From the NCBI GenBank assembly GCA_021158185.1, contig JAGGVC010000034.1:1-58680 (forward strand): DNA of 58,680 nucleotides. The letters run 5' to 3'. Shown in pieces: positions 1-8,002 of this stretch (the stretch's first letter is position 1; each line of letters opens with the position of its first letter). Under the pieces are notes generated by a model that worked only from the letters and a program-made list of their open reading frames with translations, was not told where the DNA came from and did no database searches. The DNA is from a bacterium. Its GTDB lineage: Bacteria; 4484-113; JAGGVC01. The translations under genes were made by a program, and so were the position numbers.

Positions 1-229
1 GGGCTTCGAGCTCGGCCTCGGATTCGTTCTTGGTGGTCTGGCGTGCCGCCATCACGACGTATATGCCGCCCTCGTGGTTCTCAAGGTTGTTATCGATCGC
101 CCCGAGCAACACGTCGCGGATATACCGCTGCGGCCACGCGAGCTCTTCGCATTCCCGCATCGTCTCGCGCCAGTAGTCAGGATCGGCCACGATCCGACGG
201 AAGGCCTCACTGCGCTTAAGCTTCAGCAT
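1..229 (-). CDS. Terminase large subunit, N-terminal part (truncated by window edge)
   Basis: Hand translation MLKLKRSEAF...GGIYVVMAARQTTKNE resembles the terminase Walker A (RQxGKNE); RBS GAGGT; follows a putative small subunit. Confidence 0.7.
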   Translation of the reverse strand, partial: MLKLKRSEAFRRIVADPDYWRETMRECEELAWPQRYIRDVLLGAIDNNLENHEGGIYVVMAARQTTKNESEAELEA

Positions 230-899
230 CGCTACCTCGCGCAGGATATTCGTCAAGCCGTTTGTTGGTTTCATTCCTGGCGGCGGCCAGTTCATCATCA
301 GCCGGAAGATCATCAGGCAGGTCGATCTGAATATCGCCGGATTGCTGCGGCTGAGTCGCCCTCGAATCGATTCCAAGTCCCATCCGGCGCTCGATTCGTT
401 CAAGCAGATCGAGCATCCGTTCCTCGGCCTGCAGGTATCTGATGCGGTCGAGTGCACAAGGCATCTCGGCCGGATCGCCATTGACAAGGCCGGGGTACTG
501 CCTCGTGACAGCCACGATGTAGCGCATTTCACGCCGGATCGCCACCAACAATATCTCGATAGCCTTTCGGGCGACGCTGACGACCTCGTCAAGCTGAGCC
601 TGCCGGATCGCTTCGAGTTGATCTTGCTTAACCTGCTCACGGTTGACGACGCGCTCGCGCGCCCAGTCACCTTCCCAGAATTTCTTCCGCAAGTATGCCC
701 GTAATCTAGCAAGAGGCTTGTCGTAGTCAGGTGTGGAGTCGATGATCCGCTGTGCGAGCTCCGTTGGCTGTACGCCGCTGAAGTAGGCGGCTTTGATTGC
801 TGCCCAGGGGTATTGCCAAGTTCCGCCGGCACGCCGTATAGCACGCAGATTGTTACGATCGCCAGAAGGCTTCGGCTTATTGCGACGTTTCTTAGCCAC
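216..899 (-). CDS. Putative terminase small subunit
   Basis: 227 aa, basic N-terminus with HTH-like segment, helical core; lies between ParB-MTase and terminase large subunit. Confidence 0.5.
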   Translation of the reverse strand: MAKKRRNKPKPSGDRNNLRAIRRAGGTWQYPWAAIKAAYFSGVQPTELAQRIIDSTPDYDKPLARLRAYLRKKFWEGDWARERVVNREQVKQDQLEAIRQAQLDEVVSVARKAIEILLVAIRREMRYIVAVTRQYPGLVNGDPAEMPCALDRIRYLQAEERMLDLLERIERRMGLGIDSRATQPQQSGDIQIDLPDDLPADDELAAARNETNKRLDEYPARGSDAEA

Positions 900-2325
900 A
901 CGCAGCGATCACCGCCTTCGTGGCCTCTTTGGCATCGCCTTTGAGGAAGACCAACACGCTCTGATGACATCTGCCTAGTTTGCGCGTTCCCTGGAATTGT
1001 CTCCTTATCCTGATCGGCAATGAACCGGCTTGAACGATCAAAACAGCTGAGTTGTATAGCTCAAGCCCTGCATCCTTGAAGGCCGCAATTGTGTCGCCCG
1101 GCAGGTCACGACAGATCCCGCGTGCTTTCACGAGATCGCCAACAACAAAACAGGCGAAGCGATCCGGTTTCAGCATCGAACAGGATTCGGCAATTATCTT
1201 GCGATATACGTCCTGGAATTCGCTCCACGCCATATTGCTCAGATCCGCGGGATCATCGCTGTAGATCTCCAAATCACCGTATGGCGGACAGGTGAACAGG
1301 AAGTCGTATTCATCCTCGGCCAGCTTCCGCACGTTGAGCGAATCACCAGTGATCCAACGAACATCATCGTCGGGTATCACTGTTTTCGCCAGATCGCGGT
1401 TGGCCAGCACCTGCTCCTCTCGAAGATCGATCCCTGTGTAGTGTCGCCCCGTTATTGCGGCCACAACACCCCGCACGGCACCACCAGCAAAGGGATCGAG
1501 TATATTGCCGCCCTGCGGGCAGAACCACTGATATGCGATCTCGCAGAGCACCGGATCGAAGAGCGATAGTATTCCGCCACCATCGGTGGTTTCGATTGCG
1601 CTGCCGCCGGGTAGATAGCCCTCAAGGTATTTTCCCTGGAATTCCTCGTTCGACATCTCGCGACCGAGAACACTTTCGCAGCGTTCCTTCTTGGCGAAAT
1701 AATTCGGTGTAGTCCCAGATAACGATCCAGGTGACTGAAGGGTTTCCCGTCCGCCCAGACGCTGATTCAGCCCGAGCGCCAGCCATTTCTTCTTTCGTTC
1801 CTGCCAATAGCCTTGGCGACTATCGAGCACCGTAAAGGGTGGCACGATGAATTCCTCGATCAACGACTGCTTCTTTTCAGCCGTGGCTGCAACGAGATTC
1901 TCTACACTCTCGGGGAATGTACGATCCAGATCCAGCAACAGATCATCAAGCCCGAGCGCCTCGAACTCCGGAAGCTCACGCAGCTCCGCGAGGATCGGGA
2001 GCGCTTCATCGGTGAACTCGCCGCAAATGCCGGGATTGTTGAGCGTCAGATTGAGCGCCTTTTCCTCGTCGGGCGGCAGATCAACCACCACCACGCGGGT
2101 TTGCTTAATCCCCTGCTGCTGCAGCACCCTGAAGCGCTGATGACCGCCCACGATATTGCCGGTCTCGCTGTTCACGATGATCGGCTGCACCAGCCCGAAG
2201 CGCTCGATGCTGGCCTTGAGGCCGCCAAGCGCCGACTCGCTTATCGTGCGCGGGTTGTATTCGGCGGGTGTTAGATCCTCAAGTCTGCGATCCTCGATTC
2301 TGATTTCTGCAACCGGCATTAACAT
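892..2325 (-). CDS. ParB N-terminal domain / DNA methyltransferase fusion
   Basis: YNPR...FGLVQPIIVN...IVGGHQR (ParB-like); ILDPFAGG SAM-binding motif and FTCPPY amino-MTase motif. Confidence 0.88.
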   Translation of the reverse strand: MLMPVAEIRIEDRRLEDLTPAEYNPRTISESALGGLKASIERFGLVQPIIVNSETGNIVGGHQRFRVLQQQGIKQTRVVVVDLPPDEEKALNLTLNNPGICGEFTDEALPILAELRELPEFEALGLDDLLLDLDRTFPESVENLVAATAEKKQSLIEEFIVPPFTVLDSRQGYWQERKKKWLALGLNQRLGGRETLQSPGSLSGTTPNYFAKKERCESVLGREMSNEEFQGKYLEGYLPGGSAIETTDGGGILSLFDPVLCEIAYQWFCPQGGNILDPFAGGAVRGVVAAITGRHYTGIDLREEQVLANRDLAKTVIPDDDVRWITGDSLNVRKLAEDEYDFLFTCPPYGDLEIYSDDPADLSNMAWSEFQDVYRKIIAESCSMLKPDRFACFVVGDLVKARGICRDLPGDTIAAFKDAGLELYNSAVLIVQAGSLPIRIRRQFQGTRKLGRCHQSVLVFLKGDAKEATKAVIAACG

Positions 2326-2437
2326 CCTTGGGGGGCCCGGCGGAGTGAGGTCTCAGGCCTTCACGGCGGGCTTCTTGGACCTGTAAAAATTAACCAGGCC
2401 CCCTACTTATGGGCTGCAAAAAAACGGTTATTTCGTG

Positions 2438-2758
2438 TCATTCGGTCCAATTATCGAGGATTTTCTCTATTTCGGCGCATACTTTCTTCGCCGTCCGCCT
2501 TGTCGTAGACAGGGTTCGCTCGATTTTTTCCCAACTTGCCCCTAATTGTCGCATTTCCCACATCTGAATCTCTCTGGTGATCAATCTTTCGCCGTCCGAT
2601 TTTCGGCCCTTCAGGAGCAACCACAAGCATAATCTCCGGAGTGCTTCGGCTGCCGTATCGTCTCGTTCTTGCTCAAGCGACTCAAGATATGCATCCTCGG
2701 GGCCGCCACGGCTATCGGGTAGGTTATCGACAGCTATGTACGGGCGGCGTGAGGTCAT
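2438..2758 (-). CDS. Sigma70 region 4 / LuxR-like HTH protein, probable late-gene regulator
   Basis: C-terminal GASWEKIERTLSTTRRTAKK HTH; position at the early/late boundary. Confidence 0.55.
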   Translation of the reverse strand: MTSRRPYIAVDNLPDSRGGPEDAYLESLEQERDDTAAEALRRLCLWLLLKGRKSDGERLITREIQMWEMRQLGASWEKIERTLSTTRRTAKKVCAEIEKILDNWTE

Positions 2759-2985
2759 TGCTGGCTGGTCTGCTCCTCAAGCGTGAATCGGTAATACTTG
2801 CCCTGGCCGGTGATTCCCGTTTTTTCGCCGGCCTCGACGAGCTTGTCGCGTATCTCGACGCTGTTTTCGAGTTCCTTCATAAGCCATTCGGCCTGCTTAC
2901 GGTCCAAAATCAACGGCAATTCCAGGATGATCCCATCTCTCTCGATCTTAGTCACGATAATCGCCTCCTTCCGGAGACCCGCCAC
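2755..2985 (-). CDS. Hypothetical phage protein
   Basis: 76-aa ORF overlapping the next start (ATGA). Confidence 0.55.
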   Translation of the reverse strand: MAGLRKEAIIVTKIERDGIILELPLILDRKQAEWLMKELENSVEIRDKLVEAGEKTGITGQGKYYRFTLEEQTSQQ

Positions 2986-3083
2986 CTGCTACAATCAGCA
3001 CAGGCGGCAGGCCTGCCAACTCAGGTCTCTCGCTTAGGGTCGACGGCTTCTTTCTCGGTTTCCGTCGGCCCGCTGCATTTCAT

Positions 3084-3680
3084 CTACCGGGCAGCTTCCC
3101 GTTCCGGTACACCGCGCAATAACCTGGGCTGCACAATCTTGCTCTGACGGTACAAACCCTCAGCCTCGCACGACAATGCATACGCATCAGCCAGGTCTTC
3201 ACGGATCCGCTTGGTAACGCGCATCTGCTCCAGCTCGCGCCATCCGCGCTGCACAGCAGTTCGGATCATCGCGCTTTTGCTAGCGTTGCCGTCACGAGTG
3301 AAATGGAGTTTAAGCGACCGGGGATCGACCGCAAAGAGTGAAGCAGTAGGCCAGACCTGAGCCAAGCCCGCCATCACTGCCCCGAACAGAATCGAACGAT
3401 ACTGCCACTCGTGGATGTTGCCGCCTTTTTGGCCGTCTCGTTCCGGCACTGAGTGGAGCGGATGCTCCACCGCAATTGCGGTAATGCTGGCAGATATATC
3501 GAAAAGATGCTCCACAAGCCTACCGCCATATAGCACAATCTCGTGAGTGGCCACCGAAAGCGGGTTTCCTGTTACGCCCTTCACCGCGCAATGCCGGTGG
3601 ATTACTTTCTCGCCGCAACGCACAACTAGGCCGGTGCTGAATGCCAAGTCGATGCCAGCAAATATCTCTCGCTCACTCAC
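3084..3680 (-). CDS. RuvC-like Holliday junction resolvase
   Basis: AGIDLA, IAVEHP, P..LK...T..GNASK and DLADAYAL RuvC motifs; start placed at GTG 3680. Confidence 0.85.
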   Translation of the reverse strand: MSEREIFAGIDLAFSTGLVVRCGEKVIHRHCAVKGVTGNPLSVATHEIVLYGGRLVEHLFDISASITAIAVEHPLHSVPERDGQKGGNIHEWQYRSILFGAVMAGLAQVWPTASLFAVDPRSLKLHFTRDGNASKSAMIRTAVQRGWRELEQMRVTKRIREDLADAYALSCEAEGLYRQSKIVQPRLLRGVPEREAAR

Positions 3681-4618
3681 ACCAGCACCCCTTCGGGGGT
3701 TTGAAACCCAAGGTGTGGGTCGGTGATCGTGGCGACCGCGCCCCATTCGAAAAGCCGATTGAAGATCCGGTCGCCGTAACGCCCGGCGATCCCCGGCTGA
3801 CTCAGGTTGGTCGTGATCACCGTCGGCAACCGCTCAACGCACCTGAGATCGACGATCTCTTCCCACTGAGCAACGCCCCAGCCGCTGTCCTGGCGAAAAT
3901 GCTCACGTCCAAAGTCGTCGATCACCAAAAGCTCCGGATGATAAGCGATCCCGCGGACATTGCCCTGTTCGTAAGCGTGATCGAGTATCTGCTTAGCGGT
4001 CATAAACTTGAATTCCGGCATAAGCGCCCTGAGGGATTTCTTGAGCATTGCGGTTGAATCGAACGAAGACGAACGATTATTCTTCTCGCAAACCACTCGC
4101 TCCTTCAGGGCGAGCTGGTAATCAGCCTCAACCGGACTCGATACCGCGAATCGCTTCATCAGGAATGTCCGCATCGCGCTACCGGTCGATACCACCTTGA
4201 GTTCCCGGTCGGCCTTGCACGATCTCTCGTGTTTCTGTCGGGATTTCTCGATCTCCTCGGCGGTCGGCGGCACTGGTGGAGCTGCCGCCAAGAGAGCCTT
4301 CCGGTACATATCGTCCCTGCGGAAGTCCGCAAGCTCCATTCGGTAGAAGCTCTTTGCCGATGTATGCCAGTGATACAGAATCGCTGCCGCCCAGGCCGCC
4401 ACGGTCTTACCGCGACGGGATTCGCCCGTCAGCACGATCACGCCCCCATCGAGCAGAAGCTCGATATTCTGGATCACCCGGGCGATGGCCTGTCCGTCGT
4501 AACCAGGGCTTAGACTCTGGAGATTCCGTAGTATGCCTTCGATCGCATCCGGCACCGGGCAGTCCGCTTGGCAGTAGGCCTCGATGATCTCTGGTGTTTC
4601 GAATTTGAATTTCTTCAT
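3677..4618 (-). CDS. DnaC/IstB-like ATPase (helicase loader)
   Basis: Walker A GESRRGKT, Walker B LVIDDFG, PTVITTNL, YGDRIFNRL; follows the replication initiator. Confidence 0.85.
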   Translation of the reverse strand: MKKFKFETPEIIEAYCQADCPVPDAIEGILRNLQSLSPGYDGQAIARVIQNIELLLDGGVIVLTGESRRGKTVAAWAAAILYHWHTSAKSFYRMELADFRRDDMYRKALLAAAPPVPPTAEEIEKSRQKHERSCKADRELKVVSTGSAMRTFLMKRFAVSSPVEADYQLALKERVVCEKNNRSSSFDSTAMLKKSLRALMPEFKFMTAKQILDHAYEQGNVRGIAYHPELLVIDDFGREHFRQDSGWGVAQWEEIVDLRCVERLPTVITTNLSQPGIAGRYGDRIFNRLFEWGAVATITDPHLGFQTPEGVLV

Positions 4619-5562
4619 AGCTCCCTCATCCTCAGAACGGGTTCTGTCGGCTCAAGGCGCTGATCGTCGCCGGCGGGTTTCGGTTTTCGATTGCCGCCCC
4701 GCTGTCGTTTCGCCCAGGCGACGAGCTTGTCGAACTTCGTCAAGTTGTCGCCGCTTTCTCGTTTCTTCCGGAGACCCGGTATTGAGTAGACCTGCGTCGC
4801 CCATCCGCCCCAGCGTCCCTCCGGCTGATAATCTTCCTTGAGCGTGTAGAGTGCCAGTTCGAATGCTTCTTCGGCCTCATCGCCGTAATCCTTCCGGATC
4901 AACCTGACGGCCTTGAGATCAGCATCGGTCGGTTTGCCGGAGATCTTCTTCTTGATTCCCTGCCGCTCGATGTTCGATTTAATCTGCCTGATGAACTTTT
5001 CTGCAATGGCTCGATCAGCGGGGTCGTGCTGTTTTTTCTTCTCCGGCGGCTCAGAATCTGCCGCATGTTCCCTACAAGCAATAAGTTTATTTTCTAGAGG
5101 ATCCTTTCTATCTGTATTCTTCTTCTTATCTAATCTAATCTTATCTAGGACGCGGTCGCCGCGCTCCGACTGCGCGCTTACCGCGCTCTCCCCGCGCTCC
5201 GACTGCGCGGCTTCTGCGCGTTGAGGACGCGGTAATGATGTCGGCGTAAAATCTTTGGCGCGGCCGCCCTGGTATTTCCTGAAATTGGGAATCTCAATGT
5301 AGGCCTTGCCTCGCACCTCGTACAGATTTATGAATCCGGCTTTTTCGAGCGCAACCAAGGATTGCTTGATTGACTTCGGGGAAGTTCTATCGTGTGAAAA
5401 GAATTTCCCTTTTAGAAAAACTTCGTCTCCAGTATGTAATCCTTCGTCGTCAGCGTGTATGATAATTGTTTGGAATATGTATCTAGCTTGTATCGAAAGT
5501 GTCGCGAACAGCGCGTTATCGTGTAATTTACCATACAGTTTTCGCCAAGGTTTTGTTGCCAT
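4615..5562 (-). CDS. Phage replication initiator (O/DnaD-like replisome organiser)
   Basis: N-terminal wHTH pattern (WRKL...LSIQARYIF...ADDEG...IPNFRKYQ); internal iterons; upstream of DnaC-like gene; RBS GGAGG. Confidence 0.8.
   Translation of the reverse strand: MATKPWRKLYGKLHDNALFATLSIQARYIFQTIIIHADDEGLHTGDEVFLKGKFFSHDRTSPKSIKQSLVALEKAGFINLYEVRGKAYIEIPNFRKYQGGRAKDFTPTSLPRPQRAEAAQSERGESAVSAQSERGDRVLDKIRLDKKKNTDRKDPLENKLIACREHAADSEPPEKKKQHDPADRAIAEKFIRQIKSNIERQGIKKKISGKPTDADLKAVRLIRKDYGDEAEEAFELALYTLKEDYQPEGRWGGWATQVYSIPGLRKKRESGDNLTKFDKLVAWAKRQRGGNRKPKPAGDDQRLEPTEPVLRMREL
5100..5220. repeat. Putative phage replication origin (iterons plus AT-rich tract)
   Basis: CCGCGCTCCGACTGCGCG at 5159-5176 and 5192-5209, partial copy at 5181; adjacent AT-rich TTCTTCTTATCTAATCTAATCTTATCT. 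Confidence 0.65.
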
Positions 5563-5617
5563 TTTGATCCTCCGAATTAACCTCGTTATTGTGCCCACCC
5601 GCCGCCCCTGAAATTGC

Positions 5618-6205
5618 TTAAGCTGGCTTGCCGACCATCTCCCCGATGCTCGCCTGATCGGGCTTTTCTTCCTCGGTTTCGACTAGGCCCTGGCGTTCGA
5701 ATTCCACGTTGATGAGCGTCCCGATCGTCCCGAGCCCGAGGCGCTGCGCCGGCGACGGCTTCAAGATCTTGATCTTGATCACCAGGTAGGCGCTGCGGTA
5801 TTCATCCTCACGCTCCACGTGGGCGTCCAGGAACGGCTGAAGTTCCGCCAGCTGGATGTGACGATACAACAGATGCTCCTCGCCCTCAGCGAACGCCAGC
5901 ACCTCTGCCTGGGCGCTCTCGAGCTTGAGCGCAAACGCCTGCTCGGTGTCGATCACACCCTCGGTGAGCTTCAGGGTGCCGTCCCAGATCCAGAACCGCG
6001 AGCCGCCGCGGTACCGGAAATCACCGTCGCCGTCGCCCTGAACGGGCCGCGACAGCATTTCGAGGATCTTGTCCGACACCACCCCGATAAGCGGCACCTT
6101 GAGGGTCGCGGTCAGTTGCGGCGTCCCGTCTGGGTTCAGCCTCACCTGGCTCGACCGGATGGTCGTGGTCTCGGTACTTTCAAAATCGATCAATTCAATT
6201 GGCAT
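5618..6205 (-). CDS. Hypothetical phage protein
   Basis: Long ORF with RBS GGAGG, in operon. Confidence 0.7.
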   Translation of the reverse strand: MPIELIDFESTETTTIRSSQVRLNPDGTPQLTATLKVPLIGVVSDKILEMLSRPVQGDGDGDFRYRGGSRFWIWDGTLKLTEGVIDTEQAFALKLESAQAEVLAFAEGEEHLLYRHIQLAELQPFLDAHVEREDEYRSAYLVIKIKILKPSPAQRLGLGTIGTLINVEFERQGLVETEEEKPDQASIGEMVGKPA

Positions 6206-6206
6206 T

Positions 6207-6398
6207 TCAGCCTCCTTCAAAGAATAAATTAAAAACGGTGGTGCCGATCAGTACCAGCACCGACATCAACACAGCAACACAGCCGACAGCAGGTCGCTTG
6301 ACAGCGGCGAATCCGTAATGCCGCCTGAGCTCCCTAGGCTCAGCTTTTCGACCGAACTTGCCAGCGAAATCTCGTTCGTATTCCTCTAAAGTGATCAT
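6207..6398 (-). CDS. Small membrane protein
   Basis: 63 aa with C-terminal hydrophobic helix. Confidence 0.45.
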   Translation of the reverse strand: MITLEEYERDFAGKFGRKAEPRELRRHYGFAAVKRPAVGCVAVLMSVLVLIGTTVFNLFFEGG

Positions 6399-6561
6399 CT
6401 CGACTTCCCCCTGTGGTAGTCACTCCCTGCGGCTCGATCTCCTTCTCGACCCGCCTTCTCCTTGCATCCAGTTCAGCCTGTGCCCGAAGTGCGCACTCCC
6501 GTAGCTCGCTCTCGGCGCGGCTGATCCGTGTGATCGGTTTCGGGCGTTGCTTATCTCTCAT
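6340..6561 (-). CDS. Hypothetical phage protein
   Basis: 73-aa basic helical ORF in operon. Confidence 0.4.
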   Translation of the reverse strand: MRDKQRPKPITRISRAESELRECALRAQAELDARRRRVEKEIEPQGVTTTGGSRDDHFRGIRTRFRWQVRSKS

Positions 6562-6763
6562 AATCAGTCGTCAGGTGATTTCGGGCTTCGTATGCTCGCA
6601 GCAGCCTTGCAACGAATTCCAGTGCTTCAGGATCGATGCCACTGTCAGAGCAGTAATCACAGACAATATCGCCCTTCTCGCCAGCGCAACCAGGGCAAGG
6701 AGGTAGGTGCTCCTTCAAGCCGTTCTGGTGATACTTCAACAGCCATTCACGTGCTCCCATCAT
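6551..6763 (-). CDS. Small zinc-finger protein
   Basis: CPGCAG...CDYCSDSG (DnaJ-type CxxCxxxG); RBS GGAGG. Confidence 0.55.
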   Translation of the reverse strand: MMGAREWLLKYHQNGLKEHLPPCPGCAGEKGDIVCDYCSDSGIDPEALEFVARLLRAYEARNHLTTDYER

Positions 6764-7374
6764 CCCTCCATCCCCGCCAGCGCGAAATACAGCCAGAAGT
6801 TCTTGAGGATCTCGCGGTACTCGCGGTCGACCTTGCGGGCATACGGCCAGTACGGGCGAGCGGGGCCGCCGTTGTAGTTGGCCAGCATCTGCATATAGCT
6901 GCCCTCGTCGTTGTACCGCCTGAGGATCTGGCAGCCCACGGCGATGTTCGTCTCCTCGTTCCGGATGTTGCCGTCGATCTCGATACCGGCATTTCGGCCC
7001 CAGGAGCCGCGCCACCAGCCCGGGTGGATCTGCATCAGCCCGACCTCTCCGATTGCACCGGTGCAACCTGGCCGCCAGTCCGATTCGGTCTTGACGACCG
7101 CCAGCAGCAGCAGCGGATCGAGCTCGTAACGGCGTGCAGTCACGACAAGGTAAGCAGCGAGCTCGCCTGAGCGCTGCCAGCTGAAGTACTCACCAGAGCG
7201 TGAGTGAATGTACGTCTGGCAGTAGAGCCGCAATGCCGTCTCTAGGCCAGAATCGGCATCCGCCACGGCAACACGATTCAGGGCGGTTACGATCAGGATC
7301 ATCACGATCCCGCCGATCAACAACTTGTTTACTCGCCGCCTGAGGGCGGCCTGCTTGGTTGGTTGGTATTTCAT
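6760..7374 (-). CDS. Lytic transglycosylase (SLT domain) with N-terminal anchor
   Basis: LDPLLLLAVVKTES (catalytic E), GLMQI, ANYNGG; hydrophobic N-terminal segment. Confidence 0.88.
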   Translation of the reverse strand: MKYQPTKQAALRRRVNKLLIGGIVMILIVTALNRVAVADADSGLETALRLYCQTYIHSRSGEYFSWQRSGELAAYLVVTARRYELDPLLLLAVVKTESDWRPGCTGAIGEVGLMQIHPGWWRGSWGRNAGIEIDGNIRNEETNIAVGCQILRRYNDEGSYMQMLANYNGGPARPYWPYARKVDREYREILKNFWLYFALAGMEG

Positions 7375-7468
7375 CGCTTATCACCTCGCTTGATGCTCTG
7401 GTGGAACAATGCAAAACATCACGTACAGACAAACGGGGAAGTTTTTCTTAATCCACTGCTTCATCGTG

Positions 7469-8002
7469 TCACTCCTTGAATAGACTTTCAGTCGTGGGCC
7501 CCACCTGCTTCGCCTCGTTGATCTGCCGCATATCCTCGGTTGTTTTGGCGACGTGGCACTTGTGGCAAAGCAGCTGCAGATTCTGGCGCTGCCAATACTT
7601 GAGCTCACGCGGTGCGAGCGCAAGCGGCACAATGTGATCCAATTCAGGATATGTATCGCGGCCGCATTTCTCGCACCGCCGCCCTCGCTCCCTGATCAGC
7701 GTAAGTTTGGCGTGCTCAGGATTCGTGATGAAAAGATATTCTTCAACGCAGGCCTTGTGCCAGTACCGACGGCGCGGCTCATAGGTCGGCTCGCCGCAAA
7801 ACCGGCATATCCCGTGATGTCGATCGTTGAAACCATCCGGCAGTGGTGGCTTGCGGTAATCGATCCGCACAAGGCCTGTGCCTTTACACTTAGGGCATTG
7901 ACGAGCTCCGCAGAATCCAGCCTTTGTGCTCCCGTCACCACCACAGCGCCGACAAGTCTCGGTCTCCATACAGGGCGGAAGCGCCGTGGTTGTCGACATC
8001 AC
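7469..8002 (-). CDS. HNH endonuclease with N-terminal zinc fingers
   Basis: CEKCG...DHIVPL...NLQLLCHKCH; CRRCGGDG/CPKCKGTG. Confidence 0.88.
   Translation of the reverse strand: MMSTTTALPPCMETETCRRCGGDGSTKAGFCGARQCPKCKGTGLVRIDYRKPPLPDGFNDRHHGICRFCGEPTYEPRRRYWHKACVEEYLFITNPEHAKLTLIRERGRRCEKCGRDTYPELDHIVPLALAPRELKYWQRQNLQLLCHKCHVAKTTEDMRQINEAKQVGPTTESLFKE

Noticed and set aside
4010-4370. Intein in the DnaC-like ATPase
   Set aside because: No C/S start block, no HN-C/S/T end and no LAGLIDADG motifs
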